Origin: Leidyana gryllorum EB-2025a
Lineage: Eukaryota > Protista > Apicomplexa
Direction of reading: 5' to 3'
DNA length: 64,000 nucleotides
NCBI GenBank assembly: GCA_048772705.1
Contig: JBLWGC010000186.1
Coordinates: 28,303-92,302, forward strand
A program made the position numbers and the translations under genes. This document shows, piece after piece, positions 24,637 to 38,300 of this stretch. Each line of letters starts with the position of its first letter. Position 1 is the first letter of the stretch. The notes under the pieces are model-generated. The model saw only the letters and a program-made list of their open reading frames with translations. It made no database searches and was not told the origin of the DNA.

Positions 24637-25884
24637 CTACTGGGCTGGCTGCTGCCCACTATTACCATTCTGGGGGACATTGGAGATGCGAAACAGAAGG
24701 GGTATCACAGCTCCCCGTGCTCCCACTGAATATCGCCTGCTTCGGCACGCAAACTCCACCGTGTGCGCAGCTGGGACAAATCGACCAGTGAGGTAGAAAT
24801 CCACACTCAGGTGCTCTTCCGCTTTCGCCATTCGAGCCACAATCCGCGCCAATGCTCTCACTGGCATCTCACCACTCACCACCAGATATGGGCACTCCAA
24901 AACTCCCAATCCAATAGCTTTGGGACATGCCGGACTGACCGAGGGGGCGGGGGAGAGATTGGCCATTGCATCCACCATTGAAGAGTCACTCACTCTGGTT
25001 GTATCGCCAGCTTCACAAAACTGGAGTCCCTCAGAACTCCCACTGCAGGCGAGAAGAAAAGTTCGCCCTCGATATGGAGGGATGGATTGAATATACTTAC
25101 GAACTTTGGGAATCTGATGTCTCTCAGCTTGTACCACTTTAATTGGTTTATTGTCTTCTTTCACTATCCGAGGCGACTCTGGGGGCTCCGTTTCGTCAGC
25201 GAAACGTCCCAAATATTGCCATAGGTTGGCACGCATCCGAGTGTCGCATTTCTTGAACGTCGGGAACAGCTTGTCGACCAAATTCTGTAGTCGGCCATCA
25301 GACCTGGGGGCAGATGATGGTGCAACCGCGGCAAAACCACTCACACAATGGCGTCCAGCAGATTCCCCTCGATACTGATGCTGCACCTAAAGCGGGTTTT
25401 GAGAGTGGGTGGGTGTGTGTGTGTTAGAGGGCGGGAGGGGTTCGCTTCAGTGGCACCCGTGCTAAGGGGGTTCGCCTGATGCGGTTCCCAACTCACTTGG
25501 GACAGTTAGAGGAGTTGCCGATTAGATGTTTCAGAATACAAACTCGACAGTCTGCCCGTACGGTGTTCACCTATACTGAGTTGGTCGTCTCTTACACGTG
25601 TGCAAACACTCTTTGATGGTAGCAGCGTTACGGAAGAATCCTCCGCACAGAGAACAGATCAAACAGTCGGCAAGTACACGCACTTTGAACGAGACCTGCG
25701 ATAGCAGCTGTGCCCATGAAGAAGCCGTTGTCGATCATACATCGAGGCCTTCAGCCGATTGAAAGGTGTTCACGTCATGTTCACGGTCATAGGTGATGGC
25801 AATCTGCTGATTCCGGCACAGTAAGTTCTCTTGATAGTCATTGTCAGGAATGGGGAGAATCTGAGGTCCCACAGAGTGCCGCAT
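24637..25884 (-). CDS. PCGF/BMI1-like C3HC4 RING protein with RAWUL-like C-terminus, multi-exon
   Basis: Spliced: LICSLCGGFFRNAATIKECLHTYCRVCILKHLIGNSSNCPKC...SDGRLQNLVDKLFP; C-terminal PYLVVSGEMPVRALARIV..IPLLFRI. The RING exons (about 25490-25696) are missed by the ORF track. Confidence 0.75.
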
Positions 25885-25917
25885 AGCAAGAACGAGCCTA
25901 AAAAACACAGACCCCAA

Positions 25918-28148
25918 ATGGCAGGAGATATTGTGGACGACGAGGTACCATCAGGGGATGTGGAGCGTAGTCGCAGGCCAAGTATGGCCTCCCCGGTCCC
26001 CGGGGGCAACGAGACGGTCGACCGATACAAGGTCACGGACGAAGACTTTGAGACGTTGCAGAGCTTTAATTGGTCAGCTACCAAACCCGAGATATTGAGC
26101 GACTTGGAGTTCATCTCCACCCTCCCCAAGAATGCTGCTCTCGACTACGATGCCCTCGGCCCAAGTTTGTAAGTATACCCAATCTCGCACGATCCATGCC
26201 CCCAACCTGCAGACCCCCAAAAGACTCTGATGCTCCCGTTAAGACTCTCTTCATTGACCTAGATGAGACTATAGCTCACACTTGCCTGGGCGGTGTCCCA
26301 AAACCGCGCTCCCCCGACCTCATCTTTACCTCTGAAGGCGATGGCGCCGTCGTAAGCGCACCCTCCAAAATCACATCCCCCATCCTCCCTCCCCAGGCCA
26401 ATGTGTATTTCCGGCCGTGGGTCTCCGATTTCCTCAAAGTTGTCTCCGAGTACTTCGAAGTAATTCTCTTCACCGCAAGTCTCAAACCCTATGCTGACTT
26501 GGTGAGAACAATCAAACGCCGTTGCTCAATCTCACTTTCAGATTGTCGATGAGCTGGATACCGAAAAACGTATCCGACATCGGCTCTATCGGGAGCACTG
26601 CACTCAATATGGCTCAACTGACATCTTTTTCAAGGTATGTCGCTTGCCTCTATGTGTCTGGCGCCGCTAACAGCCCCGCTCTGCACCACACACGTGTGTC
26701 CCAAACACGGAGACGTGGTGTGTGTAGACTGTGTTCCGGTGTCCACGACGATGTGGGATGCCCCGGTCGGGAGAGCCGCTGCGGGGTGCTGTAGACTGCT
26801 GCAGAGTGATGCATACTGCGCTGTCCCAATTATGTTATTTGCTATGACAAGCAGTGCACACTGAACGGAAGATTGACAACGTCGTTTTCGTTTCAGGATA
26901 TTCATGGTACCGGAAGAGCCTTGGAAGACTCGATTGTTGTTGATAATCGTTTGATATCATTCGGTTTGAACCTGGAGAACGGAATCTTTGTTTCGGTGAG
27001 TCGCAATGTTCTGCCAATGCGAGATTGTATGCTTGCTTTTGCCGCAGTCCTTTTCTGGCCAATCGGATGACACTGAGTTGCTGCATTTGTTGCCTTTACT
27101 GATAGCGCTGTCGCGCCAAGAGGACGTGCGAGTATCATTGAACCAGAGTTACCGGCTGGCCGAGATAGTTGAGAGGTTCAGGATTGATAATGGGAGCGGA
27201 AACTCGTCGCACGAAGATGTAGATGAAGGCCAAGGAGCGAGCGGTCTGAGTCATCGACGTTCGATCTCACCGGATTTGGCATCTCGTTTGCTGGCAATCG
27301 GGTCTCCGACTGCCCATCAATTACAGGGTGGCGACCGTTTGGGCATCCACGCGGCGGCAACAGCGGTGATAGGTGCTTTTGGCCCTACGACCAGCCCTGC
27401 CTTGACTGATCCGCCCACAAGTGCGTCCGACATAGGTGCTGCTGACGACGATTTGTCACATCAATTCGTCCTGGAGTCCATACAGCCAACACCTATGGTT
27501 GATCTGCCGGGTCTGGAGATAGTTTCGAACACTGGTGGCGAAGACATCCGGCGAGTGTCGTCGGAGCAGAGCCGGTCGCTGGACCATCGTCATAACTCCC
27601 AACGTTCTGGCTCCCGGCATCTGGCAGCACTGAGTCGCATTGCCCCGGCGTTTCCAGAGGAGCCTAAAGAGGGTCGTTGTTTGAAGAAGCCGTCGCGAAT
27701 AGAGTGTCACAGTCGATCAGAGTCAAGCATTAGTTCTCGGCGGATGGTATTGCCTCCTAATGCTCCGCAACGTCGACGTTGGGGTCGTGTCCCTTTGACG
27801 CCGAAAGGTCCCAGTTCTGGTACTGCTGTGACTCGCTGTTCTCTGCCGCCTGTGGTGAGTGCAACACTGCCTATGACACTTAGCAGTGATTTTGGGGCTT
27901 CTGCAAGTAGTCCACGATTGGACACGAACTCGACACATCGATTACGGCCGATCACGCCAGCCGCGTTCACAGTGACTTCCACCCGGTGGCAATCAGTGTC
28001 GCCCACCAACCCTCATTCTGCACACTGGTCTCAGAAGGTTCTGACACCATCACCACTTTTACGTTTGGGCACAAGTGTAGTGCCATCAACAAGTAGTCTG
28101 AGAGCGCAAACCCCCCCTGTCTGGAAACAACGTCTGCCCCTTTACTAA
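25918..28148 (+). CDS. NIF/FCP1-SCP family (CTD small phosphatase-like) HAD phosphatase, multi-exon
   Basis: KTLFIDLDETIAH (DxDxT), VYFRPWVSDFL, FTASLKPYAD, RLYREHC, IVVDN, DDTELLHLLPLL; disordered C-terminal tail. Confidence 0.9.
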
Positions 28149-28177
28149 CGACTTTTTTTCCTGTCGCGTCCACCAAT

Positions 28178-30381
28178 ATGAGCAGCAGCAGCAGCGATGA
28201 AGAGACATATGTACCACCGGACCCCTTTGCCATCAAAGAGAAGGGGTCCAATGCCTTCAAGGCCGGTCAGTATGCTCTGGCTATTGAACTCTATAAACAG
28301 GCGTTAAAAGAGGCTCTGAAGCGCAGCGTTCGTGCGCCGTCGAAGGAATTGGTCGACTTGCAGATGCAATGCCGGTTGAATCTGGCGCTTGCCTTCCACA
28401 AAGAGGAAGATCATGTTATGGCGAAAGAGCATCTGTTGGTGGTGCTGGAACAGCGTCCAGATTTCGTGAAAGTATACTATAGACTCGGAGACGTGTATTT
28501 GGCCCTGCAAGACTATGAGAAAGCTCGCGAAACGGTGGAGGCTGGGCTGAAGCTGTTTGAAGGAGACGTTGCACTCACGCATTTGCTCCACAAAATCAAG
28601 TTGGCCGATGCTCAGTACAGGAAACAGCAGCGAGATGCCATTCGGGAACGTGTGAACCTCAGGAATATTGATGACGACCGAACTAATAAGCGGACAGACG
28701 TCCCGTTGTTCGACCCCAAACCTTTTGAGTCGCTATGGAACCAGGACCAGACTTCTTCTGCTACTGCTGATTCAGCTGCTGTGTTGGACAAGCTGTGTCA
28801 CACTCTCATAGACTGGAGACACGACACGACTACTCTTCTTCCGAACGAGAGTCAAGAAGACACCGACGACTCCAATTCCCGTCACTGGACTTTCCCACAT
28901 TCTCATGAACGCCTGAACGACGACAAAACCGTTCTATATATGTCTTTACCTCTCTCTGTGTTGGCTCTGATGGAAAATTGTATTCGTCTCCAGCACAATC
29001 CTTTGCAACGAACCAAATTGGAGGGCACAGTGGCGAGCCCTCTCCCACCGCTTCCAGTCTGCCCCAGCCCAAAATATGAGATCTCTCTCCGTCAACATGC
29101 AGTCCAATGGACGTCTCGTTTGTCTGCGCAATCTGTCAAAGTTCGCCCAGTCACCATTCACGTGCTCGGGGCCCGTGGTGACGTCGAGATGGAGTGTAAA
29201 TGGGCTTCGATGCTGGACCGTCTTCCTCATGTTGATCTCCTTCAAGTATGCATGATCGGCTTTGCCGACTCTAACGACCCTTACTCCCGCCGTCTGAAAG
29301 GAGAAGACTATTTTTCCCCTCCCCTGACAAAGAAATCAGGCTACCGACTATTCCAGAAGTTTACAGCTCGCATTTACAAAGGCTCATATCAGGCTTTCCT
29401 CGAGGTGAGTATCATTAATTATATTAGTGAGGTACCGCGGGTGGTGCTGTCACCCTGTCTGAGTGGTGCTCTGACTCTGAGTGGTGCGGTGCTTTGACTC
29501 TGAGTGGTGCTTTCTCCTCGTCGGATCTACTGGCTGACTATCTCTGTATCTGCAGTCGGAGAGTGTGAAGGCCAGTGTTGAGGGCAAATTCTCTAGTCTC
29601 GATCTCCCATTAGCGAATGGCAAATCAGTCCCCTTGTCACCAATCCTATCCGCTCCGAATCACCCGCTTCATCCGGATCTTATCGTGATACCCGAGCCCA
29701 ACATGTCGCGTTGGTTTGATCAGTGGATCCCGGCGATAGCTCATATTCTTTTGGCCAACATCGTGAGTCGACACTGTCTTGCCATTCTTATTCCCATTGT
29801 CGGTATGCTCACCACAGCCATTGGCAATTTTTGGTTATTCGGTCATGGAGGGAGAGACTGCATCCCATGAGGCTCTCAATTTGGTTCCGATTCTAGAGGC
29901 CCTGGGAGCTCGCTTTGTCCTCCCGTTGAGTTGGAATCCGTTCTCGATTCCCATCCACCCCGGTGAGGAATGTCCGCCGATGCCGATAGTGACTGCAACT
30001 GGTGAAGAGACTGAGTTCCGGGGCGTCAGCGGCAAGAACGCAGGTGGGTCGTCAGCTTTTGGTTTGTTCCGACCGTTTGTAGTGTCGCTGATGGTGTGTG
30101 GTATTGACTCGAGTTGTGCCGAAGACGCTGAAAAGGCTCGTGAGCGTTTGGCGGAGTTGATGACATCGAAAGTCGCGGTGGCTAATTTGCGGGAGGAATT
30201 AAGCAAAAGAGGGATCGATAGTCAACGTGAAAGGCTGATACTTGAAAATTCGGGTGACTACTTTGAGCAAATGGCCGCAGAAGCGAAAGAACGAGAACAA
30301 GAGATAGAACGTAAAGCTCAAGATCTCGCACAAATCCTCAAAGAAAAACTCTCTCCTTCAAATTCCACAACCCATGTCTAG
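28178..30381 (+). CDS. TPR protein with MSS51-like C-terminal domain, multi-exon
   Basis: KEKGSNAFKAGQYALAIELY..RLNLALAF..VKVYYRLG (Hsp90 co-chaperone-type TPR); TIHVLGA..E..W, MIG, PDLIV..N..W.PAI, NPF motifs. Confidence 0.65.
29457..29512. repeat. Intronic short tandem repeat, 3x tctgagtggtgc
   Basis: Directly visible. Confidence 0.75.
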
Positions 30382-30463
30382 CTATAAACATATATTGAAT
30401 GTCGGCTGTGGCTTTTCTTTCTGTGCTCTCTCTTTTTCTCTTTCTCTCTTAAACTACTATTTC

Positions 30464-33400
30464 TTATGCGGCGGCCACAGTCTCTGGGTAGGCCTCGACA
30501 TCGAGTGTCACAGTTTGAGAGCTCTCGATCTCGTGATCTTTATACACTCCAATTATTGCGTCTGCGTGGCAATACATCCTGCGATCAGAAGATATCATCG
30601 CCCCCTCTGCACCCACCACTCACTCTTCCTTTAAAGTTACTATAATGACTTGAAAGGACGCTTCCTTCAAGAAGCGCCTCAGTGCGTCGACATTCGCGGC
30701 GTCTAACGCAGCATCCACTTCGTCCAGCACCACAAAGGGCGACGGTCGGAATGCCTGAAAACTGAACAACAAGGCCAGCGTCGCCATGGACTTCTCGCCT
30801 CCCGACAGCAACTCCATTTCGGTGTATCGCTTTCCGTAGGGCATTGCCGTGAAGATCAGTCCTCTGCCGCCACATTGTTTCGATGATCACCAAACCAGAA
30901 ATGGGGATCGATCACTCACTTGTTGAAAGGTTCGTCGCTCGTGGGATCGTCGAGCTCCAATGTCGCTGATCCCCCGTGCATCTCTGAAAAGTGTTTGGCC
31001 AAAAGCGTACGGGTAGCGATTGAGTCCTCCAAGTGAGAGAAGTCTTGGGGAGGGGGTCGCGTCAATAAGCTGTAAATCTCAGCCAGAGCCTTCTTGGTGT
31101 GCTCGAAACACTTCATATATCGATCTCGCCGTATCTCTCGTGTTCTCACGAGATCCCTTTCGATACTCTCGACTTCTCGTTTCACACCCAGCAGCCGCCC
31201 ATTAGCTTCTTTCAACCGCCCTTTGATCTCATCATACGCTTCTTGAGCCTTATGATTCTGAGCTCCCCTTCCCTCCAACTCTTCCTTCAGACTCTCATGT
31301 TTCCTCAACAACTTGTCTTCCTCGCTCTGGAGGGCTCTGGGGTCCCGGAAAGGTATTCGCGCTCCGATCAGTGTACTGTAGTCCACTTCCACCGCAGTCT
31401 CGGCCATACTTGAGCCTTCCAACATTGCCCTGCGGATCCATAAATTGACCGTCGCCCCCAAATATCACTTACTTGAGATCTTCCAGTGTGCCATTGACGA
31501 TCGGCACACTGACTCGTTTCCGCACCACTTCACCGAGGAGCTCTAAGCCCTTCTTGTCCAACATTTGCAGCTCATCGTTCGCTTCCCGGATCTTATACAC
31601 ATTGGTGTGTTGATGGTGATGGATGAGACGCTTCTCCTCCCCGAGGGTCGCTACTTTTGCCTCGGCCCCCTCGAGGAGAGCCTTAAACTTCTCCTTTTCG
31701 GGCTCGACATCTGTGATCGCCGCCTCAATGGCCGATAAGGCAGCCTCAGCTGATGTCAGTTCAGCAGGGAGCTTTCGAGCGGGCGACGAGAGGGGCAGCG
31801 GCTGGTCCAACGCCTCGGCCAGCGTGGAATACTCCTTCTGAAAGTGCTCAGCCAGCGTCTCGAGATTCTGTGTCCCATTACACTGCTCCACCCCGAGACG
31901 TCGAGTGCACTCTGCAAACTTGCTCGCGCAGCGTTGCTCCTCTTCATGTATGACTTGGAGCGCGTTGTCCAACTCTGAGATGAGATCACTCATTTTCTGC
32001 TCCTCTTCCCACAACTTTTGTATCGCCTTATCTTTGCACGCGGAGGCCTGAACTCGATTGATCTCGGCTTGTTTGGCATTGCGTTGCGCTGTTAGCGCAT
32101 TGATCTCCTGCTCGGATTCCACTAAACGGGTCTCTGTCCGGCTCTGACTCTCTTGAATATCCTTCAACATTGTCTCTAACCGCTGAACAGTCTCCCTTTT
32201 CGACTGCGGTGAGAGAAGAGGTGTTTGTGTCTCGGAGTCCTCTCCCATCTCCCCGCAGATAGCTCACCTGAACGTCCAGTTGATACGTCTCGAGCTGCAG
32301 TTGTTCGTCAGCCACTGCACTCTCGGCACTGTACAACTTGACTTCAGCGGCCCTCAGTTGCTGCTCTATCGCAGTCAACTTGCCGGAAGAGTTCTCCAGA
32401 ACGGCGGTGGCTTCGCTTCGCTGCTTCTCGGCGAATCTGTCCAGTTTTCCGGTCCGCTGCAATGGGGAGGCGACGATCGTTTGGGATGGAGTCGGAAACT
32501 TACCGGAGCGGCGAGCTTGATGTTGCAGTTCTTGAGGATAGTTTGTCCGTCGAGTGTCACGACCTTCACACTCAGCCCGAGCTTTCGGGCCTCATTGAAA
32601 GCCACGTTCCGAGCAGCGTTGAGATCCTTCACCACAACTGTGTCTTCCAAGAGATAATCAAAGATGGGGGCAAATTTGGGATCAAACGATATGCAATCGA
32701 GAGTTGGAGTGAACAGCTCCCCATAATTCCTCAGTCTGGGATTGAGCGGTCGACTTTTGATCGTCTCCAGAGGAAGAAACTCCACAGGCGGGACACGAAG
32801 CCGCTTACAGACACCCAGAGCGCGCTGTGAACCTGGGGCATTGAACTCGCCAGAGTGACTGTCTCACCTTGGCAGTTGCGAATGTGTCCACAACAATGGA
32901 GTCGGCTTGCAGTCCAAAGGCAGTCGAGACCGCTGTGGCATAGCGTTGATTCGTCAGCTCGCACAGCCCGGTCACTCGATCAAAGACTCCAGGCACTTCT
33001 TTCTGCAGAGTCTTGAGTGTCTGTTGAAACTTGAGGGCTCGTTGATCTTCACTCTGTGTGAAGGGGAGAGAAATGTGTGTGACGAGAAAGAGTTCTTATT
33101 GGCATCTCGTTTACCCGGTAGTGAGAGAAGGCACTCAGTGTTCGTCTTGCACTCTCGACGGCATCCGAGATCCGATCTCGTTCAGCCCTGAGCTGTCTGA
33201 CTTGCGATGTCATCTGCTCCACTTGAGCCCTTAGAGTGGCGCACTTCTCGGCCGTAGGCGCTATCTTCTCGGCAGATCCCCGGGAGATAGCCTCGTTTTG
33301 CTGACTCAAAAGTTCTCGCGTCTTGGTCTCATCGGTTTGCAATTCAGCTATGTTCCGACTCAGCTGTTTTCCAAAGAGAGAGAATATACATAAAGTCGAT

Positions 33401-35031
33401 CTCCTCTGTCATTCGGAAGCTCACCTCGGTGAATTCGCGTTTCTTGGCCTCGAGTCGCGTGGAGGTCGCTTTGAGGTCAGAGGTCAGCGAACCTGTGAGA
33501 ACGTTCAGGCGGTTTCGTTCACTCAGCACTGCTTCCTTCTTCTTGTCGGGTAACTTGAAGAAGGCGTTCTCTTTCAGCACCTCTGCATTGGCCGCACGGA
33601 GTGCGGTTCTCTTATCGACTAACGCCTCCCAATTGGCCAGAGACTGCAGGAAGTCCGCATGGATCTGAGTGAGCTCGACTCGGCGGGCTTCTCGTGCCTG
33701 CTCTTGACGCTCACGGTTCTTCTCCATAGTCTCCATCTTCCGCTTCAGTGTCATGACTCTGGTCTGTGCGTCGGTTAATTCGGTCTGCAGTCGGGCTGCT
33801 TTCTCAGTCACTGCCCGTCCCTGAGCCTTTGCCTCCCTCTTCTGTTTATCGGCTGCAGCCAACGCTTCGTCGACTTGCTGCTGCCGGACCCCAAAGCCAG
33901 CAGACTCTTCTTCCAATGCTGCAAGCTGTGCCTGCGCCTCTTTGCCTAATCCCTGAGAGAAAGAGACGATGAGAGAGGAACTTCTACCAAAGTCGCTGCT
34001 GACTGAATAATAGTGGTCTCGGCGTCTCGCCGCGATAAGAGAGACACAGTGGCGCGGAACGTACCTCATTGACAAAAAGCTTGAAGAGATAGAGTTCTGC
34101 TTCGGCTTGTTTGACTTTGGCTTCCAAGTCGTGCCAAGCGCGAAGCTCTTCATACTGTCCCCTGAGGGTGCGGTGTTCTGTGGCGAGGGCTTTGACTTCC
34201 TCAGCTATGCGAGACTGATTAGATCGAGCGACTTTGAGCTGCTCTTGTAGCCCTTCGTATTTTTCTCTGAGGAGTCCGCTGCCCGAGACTTCGTCCATCA
34301 TCAGACTCTTCTCCTTGTCGCTCTTGAGGCTGAGAGCTTCGACTTGGCCTTGAGATACGATGCAGTTCTGCACTTTGGGCAGGATGCCGTAAAGAGCCAA
34401 CTGCTTGAGATACTGATCCTTATCGACATTCTGAAGAGACACTTTGTCAGGAGAGCGGGCGTTGGTGGGTGGACTCACCTGACCATCGATGAAGAACTGG
34501 GTGGACCGACCATCAACAGTCTTGCGGGCGAAAGAGACTGTCTTGGAGGAGGCGGCGAGGGCCACGGCCCTCTGTTCTTCGGGTTGGTGTCCCGTTCCCG
34601 CCGAGGACGATGGAGGCGCCTCTTGGGCTGTATTGTTGTCGTCTGCTGCTTCTTGGGTCTCGACTATTCTAAGTTGCATTGAAACGTGCGCACTGATAGG
34701 TGGGTGGTAAGAGTGATTGATTGATTGATTCGTTGGTGGTGACCTACTTGGCCGTTGAGGCAGTCTGGCCTTCTCGTCTGTGTGCCAAGTCATTGATGCG
34801 TAAGCCGCGTAGTTGGCGACTGTCGAGTCCCAAGACGAAGCAGATGGCATCCATCAGATTGGATTTCCCGGAACCGTTAGGGCCGACAATACAATTGAGA
34901 CCATGTTTCAAGGGTCCTAGTCGGTGTGTATTTGCGTATGACTTGAAGTCGTTAACTTGTAAGAACTCGAGATAAACCTGTTGTTGTCTGGTGTTATTGG
35001 TGTTGGTGTGGATGTGTTGGCGTCGTGTCAT
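30464..35031 (-). CDS. SMC1: Cohesin subunit SMC1, multi-exon
   Basis: Walker A GPNGSGKSNLMDAICFVLG; hinge (PGVFDRVTGLC, FLPLETI, VVTLDG); AMPYGKRYTEMELLSGGEKSMATLALLF, PSPFVVLDEVDAALD. Confidence 0.9.
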
Positions 35032-35308
35032 ATTAGTGTTGTCTGTCTGCTGAAGCTGCTAGGCTGCTATGACTGGGAGATGCACACACTGTTTATTGGA
35101 AGGTGTTCAGTTAAAACTTTTTGGACGATCTTGTATCAAGCGCTGCGCTGGCTGAGCTCTCTTCTGTGAGCCTTTTTTCAGTGCCTGATTGGCGAATTTG
35201 ATGCCAAGGAAGACCAGTAAGTGTGAGCCACTGGTGTCGGAAAGGTTCTGTAGCCTTGTAGACCGACAAGACAAAGTAACAATTAAGAGAAGAATTCGAT
35301 CCTCCTCC

Positions 35309-38300
35309 ATGATGACGCCGCCAGCGCCGGGACGTTTGCCGAGACTGCGGCTTCCGATGTTTCTGCTGCTCTCTCTCGTGCTTCTATGTTTTTCTTCCCT
35401 CCCAAGGGCCGCTGCTGCACTTCAGAACCTCAAGGTTCTAACCGACCGGGACCTTGAAGCCGGTCTCTTCCGTCGAGATTTCAGCAAGATGGAGCCTAAC
35501 GCCACCTTCAAGGGCGTCGAGGGTGTCTTCATCCCTCACGCTCCCGATGCAGACGACGACGACAATGTCGACGCTGTCATCTCCAAGCGCCTGCCCCCCA
35601 CTACGACAACCACGACGACGACGACAACAGCAAAGTCGACCACTACGTCGACAACAACTCCGACTACGACTACGGCTAAGACTCCTCTCACCGACACGAC
35701 AATGTCGACAGTGATGCTTATCGAGGACGAACAACAAGTCGACGACCAGTTGGATCGTCGCGCTCGCGCTTTTGGATGGTTTGGCGTCTCCGACGACGAC
35801 GACACCGAAGCAGCAGCTGAATCTTCGACTCAAGTAGTTCTGCAGCAGAGCGACTCGCAGGCTGACAACGAGAAGCCAGCAGGCCGCAAAGCCTTTTTGT
35901 GGTGGAGTGACGCGGCTGATGACGACGTTGAACAGCTCGACGACGATACTTCCACCGAGGTCGCTCTCAAAGACGCTGCGGCGGAAGCAACGGAAGTTGT
36001 GGACGAGGCGCCTGCTCGCAGAGTCTTCCCGTGGTGGGGCAGCCAGAAACCCGCTGATGACGATACCTCATCCTCCACTGCTCCGGCCCCAACCGTCGTC
36101 GACGATACGACCGTCTCGCAAGTCATTTTGGCCACTGATGCAGGCGACAAGGAATTCAACGCTGTCGATGATAAGCAAAGACGCCCGCACGGACCCCCGC
36201 CGCCCCCACGCCCATCTCGTCCCTCCGAGAAGGTTGTTGCTGAGCAATTGAACGCCGCATCATTGGTGTTCTCCAACCTTCCCGTACAAGATCTACCATC
36301 CATAGATCCGTCAACTCAGACTGTGACATTGGACATGTACGCTGATGAGCCCTGCACGATCGGCGCTTACAGTGCAAACAACCGCGACGTGTGGGTTGAG
36401 ATGGCCAAACCAGTCACCAACACCACCGGTGCGGTGGCTCGCGAGAGCTGGGTGTCTGTGATTCCTCGAGGCGAGATTGGCAGCATCCAGAATATGACTT
36501 TGTGGCTCACTGATATGCCTCGCCACCACGTCACACCTGTCCTCATCCAGGCTCGATTGGTTGAGTCTCAAAATCCCAATTTAGCCTCTCTCAGCGTCAA
36601 GCCCGGCCGTCTCGACCCGGTCTTCCACTCCCACTCATACGGCTACTACATCCGTCTGCCAGAGTCCGCCAAGTCGTTTGTCCTCGACTTCACCCTGATG
36701 AACGATCGCAGTGCTCGCTGTACGTTGGACGGCGAGAGGGAGTACGCTGGACACGGACGTGCTGTGATCAAAGTCCCCAAGAACTTGGATCAACAAGGCC
36801 GAAGCTTCGAGCTGCAGTGCTACAGCGCTGATAACACCCAGTCAGTCAAATATCTGCTCAACCTCGTCAGACAGTATGACGGTGACACCACTCTCGCTGA
36901 GTTGGGTGTGAGCGGAGCTGCGCTCTCAACTCCGTTCGATCCCCTGTATCAAGGACCTTACGGGGCTGACCTTATTCGTGGAGCCAGACGGGATGAAGGC
37001 CAGGAACTCGAGTGGACACAAGTGCGAGCTGTCCCGACAAACCCCAGTTTGGCCATCGTCGCCATTGACGGTGTCCAAACCAACGCCGACAACGATTGGA
37101 GGTCCGGATGGTTCAGAGTACCTCGCGGCGAAAAGAGACGTGTGCGTGTGAGTGTGAGCACACCCAGAAACCCAGTCGCAGAAGTGTACACTGTGGACCT
37201 CACCCGCGAAATCTTCGGAGGAAGCTGGTACGAGACGACTGCTGGCCGTGAGGCTGCAGGCAAATACGTAGCTGTCATATCGGGCTTGCTCGGAGCTTCC
37301 AGCAACGCCGGATGGTTAATGAACAATCTGCGATTCGGACAGATGGTGTCCACCCTCGGACACCAGCCTCAGACACCTGAATACTACGACAACTTTGCAA
37401 AGCCTTTCAATCCGTTGAACCTTCAATCCAATTGCGATGGAGTTAAAGTTGGACTCGTCAACAACACTTACGCTGATGGGTACACTCCCGCTGGCGACTC
37501 TCCAATCGGCTACGATGGCAAGCCCATCCCTCAATACAAGTTCCACTGGCTCGAGTCCCCCGCTGCCGGACCGCCACCACCTAAGAAACCCAACCGACCC
37601 CCTCCTCCGCCTCCCAAGAAGCGTAGACTCGACGTAGAGGACCAATCAGCTGGACTCTTCAACTGGTTCCAGAAGGAAACCCCACCACCTCCTCCAAGCC
37701 GCAAACCCTCGCCCCCACCACCACCCCCAAAGAAGCGCAGATTGGACCTGGAGGACCAATCAGCTGGACTCTTCAGTTGGTTCAGGAGAAAGACACCCCC
37801 ACCACCTGCCCCCTCGCGAAGACCGCCTCCTCCTCCCCCCAAGGGCAAACCAGGCAAACGCCCTCCTCCTCCGAAACACGGTCGCCGACTTGACTATGAG
37901 GACTGGGCTGGTGCCTTTGATCTCGAAGACGTGAGCGGCAGATGGGGCCACGGCGGCCAAGGAGGCCCTGGTGGAATGCAGGGTGGCATGGGCGGTGGCC
38001 GTCCGGGTGGCCGTCCTGGTGGCAGACCAGGAGGTCGCAGACTCGAGGACTGGACTGGAGTCGTCGGCTTCGAAGACATCACCAGCAAAGTGAAGCGTCC
38101 CCCTCCCCCTCCACCCTCCAAGAGACCTCCTCCTCCTCCTCCCAAAGGCAAACCCGGCCGTCGGCTTGAGGAAGAAGTAGACGAGACTGCTGAAGTGTCG
38201 GAGTCTCGCGGATGGTTCAACTGGGGTAACAAGAAGTCTGCTACGCCCCGTAGTCTGCTCGACATTGAGGCTGCATTGATCGAAGAGATGGACTCCTGGG

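Noticed and set aside
25430-25495. Two ggttcg motifs suggesting a tRNA
   Set aside because: No cloverleaf or A-box; intronic sequence.
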